46,874 nt of DNA, from assembly GCA_964461035.1 (NCBI GenBank), contig CAYWRI010000010.1, positions 1 to 46,874 on the forward strand, in the 5' to 3' direction. The stretch is from an uncultured Methanosarcinales archaeon (lineage in GTDB: Archaea; Nanobdellota; Nanobdellia; Woesearchaeales; CAYZNE01). Position numbers and translations under genes: made by a program. Below, piece by piece: positions 36,274-45,548 of the stretch; positions within the stretch are counted from its first letter, which is position 1, and each line of letters begins with the position of its first letter. The notes beneath the pieces were generated by a model. That model was not told the origin of the DNA and ran no database searches. It was given only the letters and a program-made list of their open reading frames with translations.

Positions 36274-37581
36274 ATGAAATATTCATTTGGTGATAAAATA
36301 AAAATAATAACTAAAAAAGATGAGTGTGTTAAAGGTGTTTTTGTGCCTTCAGAAGATGATTCTTTTATAACTTTGAAATTAGATTCAGGGTATAATCAAA
36401 GTTTTTCAGAATCAAATATTAAATCACATTTATTGATAGAATCTGCAAAACCTAACAAAAAAAAAGAATATCAAATAAAGCAAAATGAAAATTTGCCTTT
36501 AATAAAACTAATACATATTGGTGGAACAATTGCTAGTAAAATTGATTATCAAACAGGCGGTGTAAAAGCTCAAATAAAACCTGAAGAATTATTCCAAGAA
36601 ATTCCTGAACTTACAGACATTTGTAGAATAAAAACTAAAGAATTACTTAATATTTTATCAGAAAATGTGAGATTTGAACATTTTAATATGATCGCTAAAG
36701 AAATATTAAATTCTTTAGAAGATAATATTGCGGGAATAATAATAACACATGGAACTGACACTCTTCATTATACGAGTGCTGCACTATCTTTAATATTACA
36801 AAATCTAAAACTTCCCGTAGTATTAGTTGGAGCACAAAGATCAAGTGATAGACCAAGTAGTGATGCTACATTAAACTTATTGGGGGCAGTAACATTTATT
36901 TTAGATGAAACTACACAAAAAGGATTTTTTGTTTCTATGCATAGTTCAACTAATGATGATAAATGCACAATATTTTCTGGTTTAAATCTAAGAAAAATGC
37001 ATTCTAGTAGAAGAGACGCATTTAGACAAATAAACTCCTTTCCAATTGCAGAAGTTAATGTAAAAGAAAAAAAAATAACATATTTTAGAAAATCTAACTT
37101 AGATTCAGATTTAATAGATTCTTTATTTGAACCTGCTTTTTTTAACAAAAGAATAAAAGTAGGAATACTAAAAGCACATCCCAATTTATTTCCTGAAGAG
37201 ATTTTAAATTTTAAAAACTTTAATGGTTTAATAATAGAAGGAACTGGCTTAGGAAATTTTCCGGTTTCAGATGTTGAAGTAGTAAAAGAAAATAAAGATA
37301 TTTATTCTTCTGTAAAAACATTAGCTGATAAAATCCCAATTATAATGTGTACACAATGCATAAATGGACTTACTGATATGAATGTATACTCTGCAGGTAG
37401 AAAAATGAAAAAATTAGGGGTAATTCAATCAGGAAATATGTCTCCAGAAACAGCATTCATAAAATTAAGCTGGCTTTTATCTAATTTTTCAAAAGAAGAA
37501 ATATTAGAAGTTTGGAATAGAAACTTTGTTGGAGAATGCATAGAAAAAACTCCATATCTAGATTTCACAGAGCGTAATTGA
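36274..37581 (+). CDS. gatD: Glu-tRNA(Gln) amidotransferase subunit D (GatD)
   Basis: Small N-terminal domain followed by an asparaginase-type domain (IHIGGTIASK...HGTDT...). GatE lies directly downstream. Confidence 0.8.
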   Translation: MKYSFGDKIKIITKKDECVKGVFVPSEDDSFITLKLDSGYNQSFSESNIKSHLLIESAKPNKKKEYQIKQNENLPLIKLIHIGGTIASKIDYQTGGVKAQIKPEELFQEIPELTDICRIKTKELLNILSENVRFEHFNMIAKEILNSLEDNIAGIIITHGTDTLHYTSAALSLILQNLKLPVVLVGAQRSSDRPSSDATLNLLGAVTFILDETTQKGFFVSMHSSTNDDKCTIFSGLNLRKMHSSRRDAFRQINSFPIAEVNVKEKKITYFRKSNLDSDLIDSLFEPAFFNKRIKVGILKAHPNLFPEEILNFKNFNGLIIEGTGLGNFPVSDVEVVKENKDIYSSVKTLADKIPIIMCTQCINGLTDMNVYSAGRKMKKLGVIQSGNMSPETAFIKLSWLLSNFSKEEILEVWNRNFVGECIEKTPYLDFTERN

Positions 37582-37582
37582 A

Positions 37583-39454
37583 ATGACATTAAAAGATTTT
37601 AAACAATTAACTAGTATTAATGAAAATATTGATTATTTTGATAAAGGCCTTAAATGTGGTCTAGAAATTCATCAGCAATTGAATACAAATAAATTATTTT
37701 GTAATTGCTCAACTAATTCTAATACGAATGTTAAAAATATAACTTTTGATTATATTGTTAAGAGAAACTTACGAAGTTCTAAAAGCGAACTGGGTCATAT
37801 TGATGCTGCTGCAAAATTTGAAATGAAAAAATCTAAAACTAATTTGTATTATGGTTCACATAAATCAAGTTGTTTAGTTGAACTTGATGAAGAACCACCA
37901 CATTCTCCAAATAAAGATGCATTATTAATTTGTCTTGAAGTAGCAAAATTCTTTGAAATGAATTCTGTTGACAAATTAAGTTTTATGAGAAAAATTGTTG
38001 TTGATGGATCTAACACTACAGGATTTCAAAGAACCGCACTTGTTGCTAAAGCTGGAATTATAGAAGAAAAAAATGTTCGTATTGAATCGCTATGTCTTGA
38101 AGAAGATGCTTGTAAAAAAATTAAAGATTATGTTAAAAAGAATGAATATTATTCAGAATATGATCTTTCTAGATTAGGAATTCCATTGATTGAAATTGCT
38201 ACTGCTCCAGACATAAAAAGTCCCATACAAGCTAAAGAAGTAGCAGAATATATTGGAATGGTTCTTAGAAGTACAGGAAAAGTAAAAAGAGGTATTGGAA
38301 CAATAAGACAGGATGTTAATGTTTCAATAAATGGTGGAGTTAGAGTAGAAATAAAAGGTGCTCAAGAACTCAATATGATTCCAAAGTTAATAATATATGA
38401 AATAATGCGACAACAAAATTTATTGAATATTTATTCAGAATTAAAAAAAATGACAATAATTATTTCTGAACCAGAACAAGTAACAGATATTTTTCTTCAA
38501 ACAAATTCAAAAATACTATCCGCTGCATTATCTGAAAAAAAATCTATTTTTGCAATAAAAATAAGTAATTGTGCTGGATGTTTTGGATTAGAAATACAGC
38601 CAAATAGAAGATTTGGTTCAGAAATTGCAGATCATGTAAAACCCTTTGGAATTAGAGGACTTTTCCATTCTGACGAAAAACTAGCTAAATATGGTTTAAC
38701 TACACAAGAAGTTGATAAATTAAAAACAAGATTACATTGTAATAAAGAAGATGCTTTTATAATTCTTGCAGAAGAAGAAACAAAAGCAAAACTTGCACTT
38801 GAAGAAGTAAAAGAATTTTTATCAAAATTAAAACTTGAAAAAGAAGTTAGACAGGCAAAACCTGATGCAACAAGCACTTTTTTACGACCAATGCCAGGTA
38901 GCGCAAGAATGTATCCTGAAACAGATATTCCAGGAATCGTAATTAACAAAAATTTATTGAAAGCACTACAACCAATAACTTTACTTTCAGAACAATATAA
39001 AGAACTTGAAACTATTGGAATTGAAAAAACATATGCTAAAGAACTTTTAAAACAAGGATTTAATATTAATTTTCTTGTAAAAAAGTATTCTAATTTGAAA
39101 CCCGAATTTATTGCAGAGTTTTTACTAGATTATCCTAAAGAAATAAAAAAAAGAAATAATCTTAATGTTGATATAACTAAATACGTTGATGAAATATTAA
39201 CAAAACTTAATAATAATAGTATAACAAAAGAAGCAGCATTTGGTGTTTTAATATTAAAGGCCCAAGGCAAATCTATTGATTATGCTCAATTTAAAGCTCT
39301 TGATGATGAGTTTGTTAAAAATAGAATAAAAGATATCATTAACAACAATAAAACTGCCCCTGCCAATGCAATAATGGGATTGTGTATGAAAGAATTCAGA
39401 GGCAAAATTGAAGGCAAAAAAGTCAAACAATTTATTGATGCGTTGTTCAATTAG
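37583..39454 (+). CDS. gatE: Glu-tRNA(Gln) amidotransferase subunit E (GatE)
   Basis: GLKCGLEIHQQLNT...LFCNC is the GatB/E-type N-terminus. The size is 623 aa with a C-terminal GatB/YqeY-like tail. It is paired with gatD. Confidence 0.8.
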   Translation: MTLKDFKQLTSINENIDYFDKGLKCGLEIHQQLNTNKLFCNCSTNSNTNVKNITFDYIVKRNLRSSKSELGHIDAAAKFEMKKSKTNLYYGSHKSSCLVELDEEPPHSPNKDALLICLEVAKFFEMNSVDKLSFMRKIVVDGSNTTGFQRTALVAKAGIIEEKNVRIESLCLEEDACKKIKDYVKKNEYYSEYDLSRLGIPLIEIATAPDIKSPIQAKEVAEYIGMVLRSTGKVKRGIGTIRQDVNVSINGGVRVEIKGAQELNMIPKLIIYEIMRQQNLLNIYSELKKMTIIISEPEQVTDIFLQTNSKILSAALSEKKSIFAIKISNCAGCFGLEIQPNRRFGSEIADHVKPFGIRGLFHSDEKLAKYGLTTQEVDKLKTRLHCNKEDAFIILAEEETKAKLALEEVKEFLSKLKLEKEVRQAKPDATSTFLRPMPGSARMYPETDIPGIVINKNLLKALQPITLLSEQYKELETIGIEKTYAKELLKQGFNINFLVKKYSNLKPEFIAEFLLDYPKEIKKRNNLNVDITKYVDEILTKLNNNSITKEAAFGVLILKAQGKSIDYAQFKALDDEFVKNRIKDIINNNKTAPANAIMGLCMKEFRGKIEGKKVKQFIDALFN

Positions 39455-40144
39455 TTATTTAGAACATAAATTTGATAAAGATAATTCATATTTGGAATAT
39501 GTATCATCTATCTCTTTTTTTGTATTTTCAGGGGGATTGTTTGTCATATTTGAAACTATTAAATGTGTTTTTGCTTTAATAAATAAAATATATGCTAATA
39601 CGTTAAAACAATTACCTAAATTAATTATTTCTGTTTTTGAAAGACTTATTTTATTTGTATCAGGATTATTAAATTTTAAATAGGGTAAAAACTTTAGAAT
39701 CAGTTTTTTCCTGGTTGCTAAATTATAAAGGTTTATAGATCTTGTAAGTAAATCATTTGAAGAAAAATCAGAATATTCGGTAATTAAATAATTTACATTA
39801 TCTTCTAATAAATTACTTGTTTCTATTTCTAAATTACTTTCTGTTCTTTTTTCTTGATATTGTAATTCCGTTAAAGCGCAAATAGTTATAGTGTAATCTG
39901 TTTCGGATTGATAAATTTTAAGAATATCATTTAATTTCTGCATTAAATAGTTCTGTGTTTTTTCAAAATCATTGTCTTTAAATATAAATTCTTTATCTTC
40001 AGAATTTAATTTAATTTCACAAATATCTTCCATGCATAATTTTGCGTAATTCTCTTCGTAATTAACCAATATTTTTTTTGCCCAACTAAGGTATATATTT
40101 ACTTTATCTTCTGCATTATTATTAATCATTTTTATCAATTTCAT
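39455..40144 (-). CDS. Hypothetical protein (229 aa)
   Basis: No recognizable motif. It is co-transcribed (4-nt overlap) with 40141..41310. Its 3' end abuts the gatE stop. Confidence 0.35.
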   Translation of the reverse strand: MKLIKMINNNAEDKVNIYLSWAKKILVNYEENYAKLCMEDICEIKLNSEDKEFIFKDNDFEKTQNYLMQKLNDILKIYQSETDYTITICALTELQYQEKRTESNLEIETSNLLEDNVNYLITEYSDFSSNDLLTRSINLYNLATRKKLILKFLPYLKFNNPDTNKISLSKTEIINLGNCFNVLAYILFIKAKTHLIVSNMTNNPPENTKKEIDDTYSKYELSLSNLCSK

Positions 40145-41310
40145 TTTTTTTGAAAATATTCCGAATAAGTAATGTTTGGATTGTCAAAGTTATTATCTAT
40201 AAAAGATTGATATTTATTATATTTTTTGTATAAATCAACTATTGAACTTTGAACATGATTTAATCTGCCTAAAGCATTTAAACCGTTTGTTATATTTTCA
40301 AAATCATGAGTTATAATAGGACCTACGTGATGAATAGTTCGCATTGTAATATAACGTATTTCAGGTATTAAAAAATCTTTATTTCCTTTGCCTAAATTGG
40401 TTATAATATATTTATAAACAAGCTTTATATTTTTCAGCTCAAACTTATACATAAGTTCATAAGATTCTAACCCTATGTTTGTTGAAATTTTATGGAGGGC
40501 GTGAATTTTATGAAGTGAGTCTAAATTGTTTTCATCAAATTTATGAACTAGTTTAGCAATATTATCTTTATAATTAAGATAATTATTATATAAATATCCA
40601 TTTTCTGTTGATTTATTCCGAGAAGCTTGAATTTTTTTAGGAGATTTTTCTTGATTTATTTGAACAAAATATTCTTCACATAAATCAAATACGAATTCAT
40701 AGTTTTCAATATTATTAAAAATATCTTCTTTGTAATACAATTGATTTTTTATCTTTTTAGAAAACGTTTCATTAGAACTTGTTTCTGTTTCATTTTTTTT
40801 AATTTCAAACGCAATATTTATGATATCATATATTGTTTTAGCTAGTACTTCTTCATTTTTAGTGTATAAGTTCCATGCTGTCTCTCCTTGTAAAAAAATA
40901 TGATTTAGTACATCTGATAAAGGTGCGTTTAGCAATCTAATTAATTTTGCATTTCTTTCAGTTAAATATGGTTTTTCTCCAAATCTTTTTTGAAGAAAAA
41001 ATTCAGGTTTAATCTCTTTAGTTTTTATTAATCTATAACGTACCCAGAAACCTCCTCCAGTAGTATCTAAATTAGAATCAAGAGGTTTTTTTAAAGCAGT
41101 TTTCAAGGTATTTAAAACATCATCAAGAGTTTGTATTGATTTAAAATCTGATTTATTATTATGTTTAAAGTCTGAATCAATTTTTTCTGTTAATTTTATA
41201 TATTTATCAAGTAGCCATCCCAACTCTACAGATCTATTCATTAAATTAATATATTGTTGAATTTTTGCAACATTTAATTCAGTGTAATCATAAGTTTTTA
41301 TTAACTCCAT
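40141..41310 (-). CDS. Hypothetical protein (389 aa)
   Basis: No recognizable motif; very AT-rich. It is the first gene of a two-gene operon immediately left of repeat element R1. Confidence 0.35.
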   Translation of the reverse strand: MELIKTYDYTELNVAKIQQYINLMNRSVELGWLLDKYIKLTEKIDSDFKHNNKSDFKSIQTLDDVLNTLKTALKKPLDSNLDTTGGGFWVRYRLIKTKEIKPEFFLQKRFGEKPYLTERNAKLIRLLNAPLSDVLNHIFLQGETAWNLYTKNEEVLAKTIYDIINIAFEIKKNETETSSNETFSKKIKNQLYYKEDIFNNIENYEFVFDLCEEYFVQINQEKSPKKIQASRNKSTENGYLYNNYLNYKDNIAKLVHKFDENNLDSLHKIHALHKISTNIGLESYELMYKFELKNIKLVYKYIITNLGKGNKDFLIPEIRYITMRTIHHVGPIITHDFENITNGLNALGRLNHVQSSIVDLYKKYNKYQSFIDNNFDNPNITYSEYFQKK

Positions 41311-41394
41311 TTTAACTGAAAAGTCTCATTTATTTATAAAAGTTTCATTTAGAATTACTTAAAAGTGATTACAAAATGCATTATTATTTATTTA

Positions 41395-41556
41395 ATCATT
41401 GCTTAAAAGTTTTAGTTCAATATTTTTGATAACATTTTTTATTGATTACTCAACATATTGCTTAGTCAATACATTTATTATACAATAGATTGGTTAATCA
41501 ATAAATAAAATATTTTTTGATAGAATTTTATTGCTAAAAGTTTTAAGCAAAAATCA
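41395..41556. repeat. Palindromic repeat element R1 (terminal inverted repeat tgcttaaaagtttta / aaaagttttaagca). It contains two TTGATTAANCAA-like palindromes. It is homologous to R2 at 46405..46562
   Basis: tgcttaaaagttttagttcaa...ttgattactcaa...ttggttaatcaa...ttgctaaaagttttaagcaaaaa. Confidence 0.6.
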
Positions 41557-41774
41557 TAAGTTTTAATTCTAAATTTTTACTTAAAAAAATGATATTACTA
41601 AAATAATTTAAAATAATTTAAATTTCTTAAGATATGGTTTTAGATTTTTCTCTCGACGAAAAAAATATTATTAAATAATTAAGATCATCCAATAAACCAA
41701 TTTTAGTATTGATTAATCGATAGATTTAAATATGAGTTTATCTCAATCACATTGAGTGAGTTATCAAATGAAAA

Positions 41775-42104
41775 ATGAAAAAGAAAAAAGAAAATAAATC
41801 TGAAGAAAAAGGACCATTAATAGAATTTAAAGGATTTTTAACATTATTCATACTTCATGAATTATCTAAGAAAGCTCAATGTGGTGACGAATTAGCCGTA
41901 AGAATTGGTCGACGAAAAAAAGATAAATTAACTCCTGGAACAATATATCCAACTCTTAAAAGATTAAGAAAATTAAAACTAATAAATTTCAAAAGATTTG
42001 GAAGAAAAAAAGTATATACTTTAACAGAATTGGGTAAAAATGAGCTAAAAAAATTATATTTAGTGATAAAACATTACTTTAAAGGTTTAAAAAGCAAAAT
42101 TTAA
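41775..42104 (+). CDS. PadR-family transcriptional regulator
   Basis: LTPGTIYPTLKRLRKLKLI...YTLTELGKNEL is the canonical PadR winged HTH. Confidence 0.75.
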   Translation: MKKKKENKSEEKGPLIEFKGFLTLFILHELSKKAQCGDELAVRIGRRKKDKLTPGTIYPTLKRLRKLKLINFKRFGRKKVYTLTELGKNELKKLYLVIKHYFKGLKSKI

Positions 42105-42121
42105 CTTAACAAAAATTAAAA

Positions 42122-43156
42122 ATGGCAATAACTAAAAAAAATCTTGGTAAAAAAACAGAAGCTCAAACAGGAAAATTAGAGAAAAAAGATTACAAAGAAA
42201 TTCTTAAAGAAATAAATTCATATAATAAAAATAGAAAAATCCTTCAAAAAAAGTTTAATCTTAAAAATTTAAAAAAAGTTTATCTAAAACATATGAAAAA
42301 ACCTGAATCGTTAGAATCAGCGTTAGTAAAATTTGAATCAAATTTTTTTAGTCATTTAAAATTATTTGTCCAATATTATCATAATTTAGTACAAAATATT
42401 GAACAAGAAATTGGTGCGGAAGATAATGTTCAAGTTAGAATTCTTAATTATTTTCATAATTTATTATTAAGAGCTGGTTCACAAAGTAGAAAAATAAGAG
42501 TTCCTGATAAAGACGTTTTGATTGAATTTGAAAAAGAATTCCGAAAATCATTAAATAAGCAACTTAAGGAAATCAAAATTGATGAAAAAAAGATTAAAGA
42601 AGAAGTAAAAGGTAAAATAAGTGAAGTTATTCATGGAAAACCCGTTGCATTAATGAGAAAAGTTCATGGTAAATTTGTGATGCTTAGTGATGAGGAAGAG
42701 AAACTTGAAAACGAAATAAAAGAAGTGACTGATACTATTGATGAAAATCCGTTATTATTTATTCCAAGATTTCTAAAGGTCGCAGATAATTATCCTAATG
42801 TTATAAAAAATATTAAAATTATAATAGAAGATATTCATCTTCTTGAAAGAGATCTTTTAATAAATTTCAAAGAAGAAATGCGTCAAATGGGTGCAATATT
42901 TGATCTTTTAACACAATATGGTTGGAAAAAAGGACAATCCGACTTTGATTCAATAAAAGAAGAATATAAAAAAATTATGGATTTAGAAAAAAAAGAAAGT
43001 ATTACTGAATACAAAATGGATGAGAGAATTAAAAATATGGTTCTTTTTGATGAAAAAGTATTTAATGATATGATGAGATATTTATATGAAACTGCAGATA
43101 GATTTGAACGAGTTCAAAAACAAAAAGGAAGAAATACTTTAGATTTAGCTACTTAA
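42122..43156 (+). CDS. K/E-rich helical hypothetical protein (344 aa), co-transcribed with the PadR gene
   Basis: The gap to the PadR gene is 17 nt. No recognizable domain. Confidence 0.35.
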   Translation: MAITKKNLGKKTEAQTGKLEKKDYKEILKEINSYNKNRKILQKKFNLKNLKKVYLKHMKKPESLESALVKFESNFFSHLKLFVQYYHNLVQNIEQEIGAEDNVQVRILNYFHNLLLRAGSQSRKIRVPDKDVLIEFEKEFRKSLNKQLKEIKIDEKKIKEEVKGKISEVIHGKPVALMRKVHGKFVMLSDEEEKLENEIKEVTDTIDENPLLFIPRFLKVADNYPNVIKNIKIIIEDIHLLERDLLINFKEEMRQMGAIFDLLTQYGWKKGQSDFDSIKEEYKKIMDLEKKESITEYKMDERIKNMVLFDEKVFNDMMRYLYETADRFERVQKQKGRNTLDLAT

Positions 43157-43690
43157 TTATCTAAGTACAAACCATTCTCGAATTAAATCATTAGTTGTTT
43201 TTAAACTATTTAATTTATCTGATTTGGTTTGTAATTCTATTGGATTTTTTGAATAATAAGGTAAATTCAATTGTTGTGCTAAATAAAATGCTTCAGAATC
43301 AGAACTTGAATAAATTAAAACTTGAGCATTATTTTTTTTAATATGTTTTCCATGATATGGTATTAATTCATTAATATAAAATGGGAGAAAACAAGAGTCA
43401 ATTCCTGTAGATGTTGCTAAAATCTTTATTTCAGCAGAATTTAAACAGGAAGATTGTTCTTTATATTTATTTAATTTGTTTGTTAATTCGGTTTTTCTTT
43501 GATTTGAAATTTCAAAAGGAAAATCTGCATCCAAAATATAAATATCAAATCCATCAGTATTTTCTATAATTTGTTGACCATTTTTATAATCAAAAGCAAA
43601 AGTAACATTTTCTATTTGATTTAACTGAACAAGTGTATCAAGTAATTCTGTATTTCTATAATGTAAATCATCAAGCCAAAATATTTTCAT
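43157..43690 (-). CDS. CheY-like receiver (REC) domain protein with a ~60-aa C-terminal extension
   Basis: MKIFWLDD is an acidic pair. IYILDADFP is a phospho-acceptor Asp candidate. KILATSTG is the T/S position. HGKHIKK is the conserved-Lys position. Confidence 0.45.
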   Translation of the reverse strand: MKIFWLDDLHYRNTELLDTLVQLNQIENVTFAFDYKNGQQIIENTDGFDIYILDADFPFEISNQRKTELTNKLNKYKEQSSCLNSAEIKILATSTGIDSCFLPFYINELIPYHGKHIKKNNAQVLIYSSSDSEAFYLAQQLNLPYYSKNPIELQTKSDKLNSLKTTNDLIREWFVLR

Positions 43691-43815
43691 AAAGATTACT
43701 TTTCACTAATATTGTTTTTTAACTAAAAAACCCTGTCTTTTTAGTACAAATATCATATTTTATTGAGTTTTCATTCTTTATTTTTAAAGAAATCTATTCT
43801 GTTTCAGAAAAACTA

Positions 43816-43835
43816 CGCATAATGTTGATTATGCG
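43816..43835. promoter_or_regulatory. Perfect palindrome CGCATAAT-GTTG-ATTATGCG between the ligase-like and REC genes; a related copy lies at ~45534-45554 in the PIN/recombinase divergent region
   Basis: The hairpin is followed on the minus strand by TAGTTTTTCT, so it may also act as a terminator for the ligase-like gene. The second site is cgcataatgtttatatgcaa. Confidence 0.45.
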
Positions 43836-43838
43836 AAG

Positions 43839-44696
43839 TTAAATAAGGAAATTTTCTTTTTCAAAAAATAAAGGCATAACTTCCGTTCTAATATAACTAG
43901 CTTTACGATTCAAAATAGATCTTAACTTAGCCGTTTCTGATTTAGATAATTTTGTTTCATTAAGAACATCTTCAATAGTTCTTTCAATAATTGAATGTGG
44001 TGTAAAATTTCCATTTAAATGTGAAATTGAATTTTGTCCAACTTTAATCAATCTTCTTTTAGTAACATATTTTTCGACACCTTTCTTTTTAGAATCAGTT
44101 TCGACAAAATCAGAATGATAAATTTTACTGAATCTTAATCCATTTTGAAATTCATCAGAATATTGATGAACTACAACCCCTTCAGGAACTCCTGAATATA
44201 ATTTACTTTTTTCTAGAGCTTCTTCAATTATTAATGGATTAACCTTGCCCTCAGATAATAATGGAATAGATTTAATCTTTTTATCCAACCCCATTAATTC
44301 TATCCAATATTGAGATTCTTTAGGATGTAAAAATTTAGATTTACTTTGATCATATATTCCAATCATAAAAAATTTATTAAGATTTTCTTCATCATATAGA
44401 ATATGACCATATCCTTTATGTGTAAATTCTCCAAAAATAATAAAATCTTTAGGTAAATCAAAAATTTCTGGATTTAAATAATCATATAAAAATCTCCTAA
44501 ATTGATCAAAATAATATTTTTTAGAATTACCTATGGGTGCACCTCTACTCCAACCAGCAATATGGTTCATGTTTTTCCTTATCGAAACATTAGCACCATC
44601 AACTTTTTCAAATACATAAACACCTTTATCGATAATGGTTTCATTGCAATAAGGTTCTTTTATTGAGGGAAATTTGAAATTACTCATTTGTATCAC
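43839..44696 (-). CDS. Covalent nucleotidyltransferase of the RNA/DNA-ligase superfamily, minimal RNA-ligase-like (285 aa, no OB domain)
   Basis: Motif I is VFEKVDGANVSIR (KxDG). Motif III is FIIFGEF. Motif IV is PEGVVVHQ. A motif-V-like RFSKIYH is present. The start overlaps the end of the PIN gene. Confidence 0.45.
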   Translation of the reverse strand: MIQMSNFKFPSIKEPYCNETIIDKGVYVFEKVDGANVSIRKNMNHIAGWSRGAPIGNSKKYYFDQFRRFLYDYLNPEIFDLPKDFIIFGEFTHKGYGHILYDEENLNKFFMIGIYDQSKSKFLHPKESQYWIELMGLDKKIKSIPLLSEGKVNPLIIEEALEKSKLYSGVPEGVVVHQYSDEFQNGLRFSKIYHSDFVETDSKKKGVEKYVTKRRLIKVGQNSISHLNGNFTPHSIIERTIEDVLNETKLSKSETAKLRSILNRKASYIRTEVMPLFFEKENFLI

Positions 44697-45435
44697 AACT
44701 TAAATCATATTTTCTCACATTTATAGGATTAACATATTCTTTTAAATGTGCAAATTCAGGCTCTCTAGATAGTGCATTTAATGTTTTGTAAATATGTGCA
44801 TCAGATGATAAAATAGCAATTTTATAGGTTTCTTTTAACAATTTATGCAAACCATTTTTCTCATTTAATTTAAATTTATGCGCTGAAAAATTTGCAATAG
44901 TTAATGCAATTTTAATTAAATCTAAATCAGGAGTAGAAATAATGTCTAAAACAAATTTTTTATTTGATAAATTACATTTATTCGAATGCAAAAACCAATT
45001 AGCGAGATACAATTTTGAATCTAAATCGGAAGGTGAACTTTTAAGAATTCCTTCTCCAAAATTTGTTTCATACGTTTTGTTTGCATCTTTAACATATGAC
45101 TTGACATCTTCAGGTATACCTTTCGAAGAAGCTACTAATAAATCATAAGTTTTTTCAGAAATTTCAGGAGTTCCAGAAATATGACAATTTTTATGGTTTT
45201 CTATTTCTCTCATTATTTTATCAGGAATAACTAAATTTGAGTTACTTAGTAAAGAATTTAATTTATGCACAAATTCATTACCTCTTTTATAACCAAAATT
45301 AATCTGTTTTCTAGTAGCTAATTCTAAATCAATAATTGCACAAGTATCTAATATGATTAATGGTTTCATTCCCAATGAGGCTGAACCATTAAAATAAGAT
45401 TTCATATACGCATAAATATTGGGGCGACCATACAT
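44680..45435 (-). CDS. PIN-domain nuclease (251 aa)
   Basis: MKPLIILDTCAIIDLELA is the VapC/PIN-type N-terminal strand with the first catalytic Asp. Downstream acidic residues are present. It is larger than a canonical VapC. Confidence 0.5.
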   Translation of the reverse strand: MYGRPNIYAYMKSYFNGSASLGMKPLIILDTCAIIDLELATRKQINFGYKRGNEFVHKLNSLLSNSNLVIPDKIMREIENHKNCHISGTPEISEKTYDLLVASSKGIPEDVKSYVKDANKTYETNFGEGILKSSPSDLDSKLYLANWFLHSNKCNLSNKKFVLDIISTPDLDLIKIALTIANFSAHKFKLNEKNGLHKLLKETYKIAILSSDAHIYKTLNALSREPEFAHLKEYVNPINVRKYDLSCDTNE

Positions 45436-45548
45436 ATTAATAAGGATATATTTAATATTTATAAAGTTTTCTATAAATAATTACTTAAAAGTGGTAAGTG
45501 AAATAATATTAGACAATCTTTATAAAGAAAGCTTCGCATAATGTTTAT

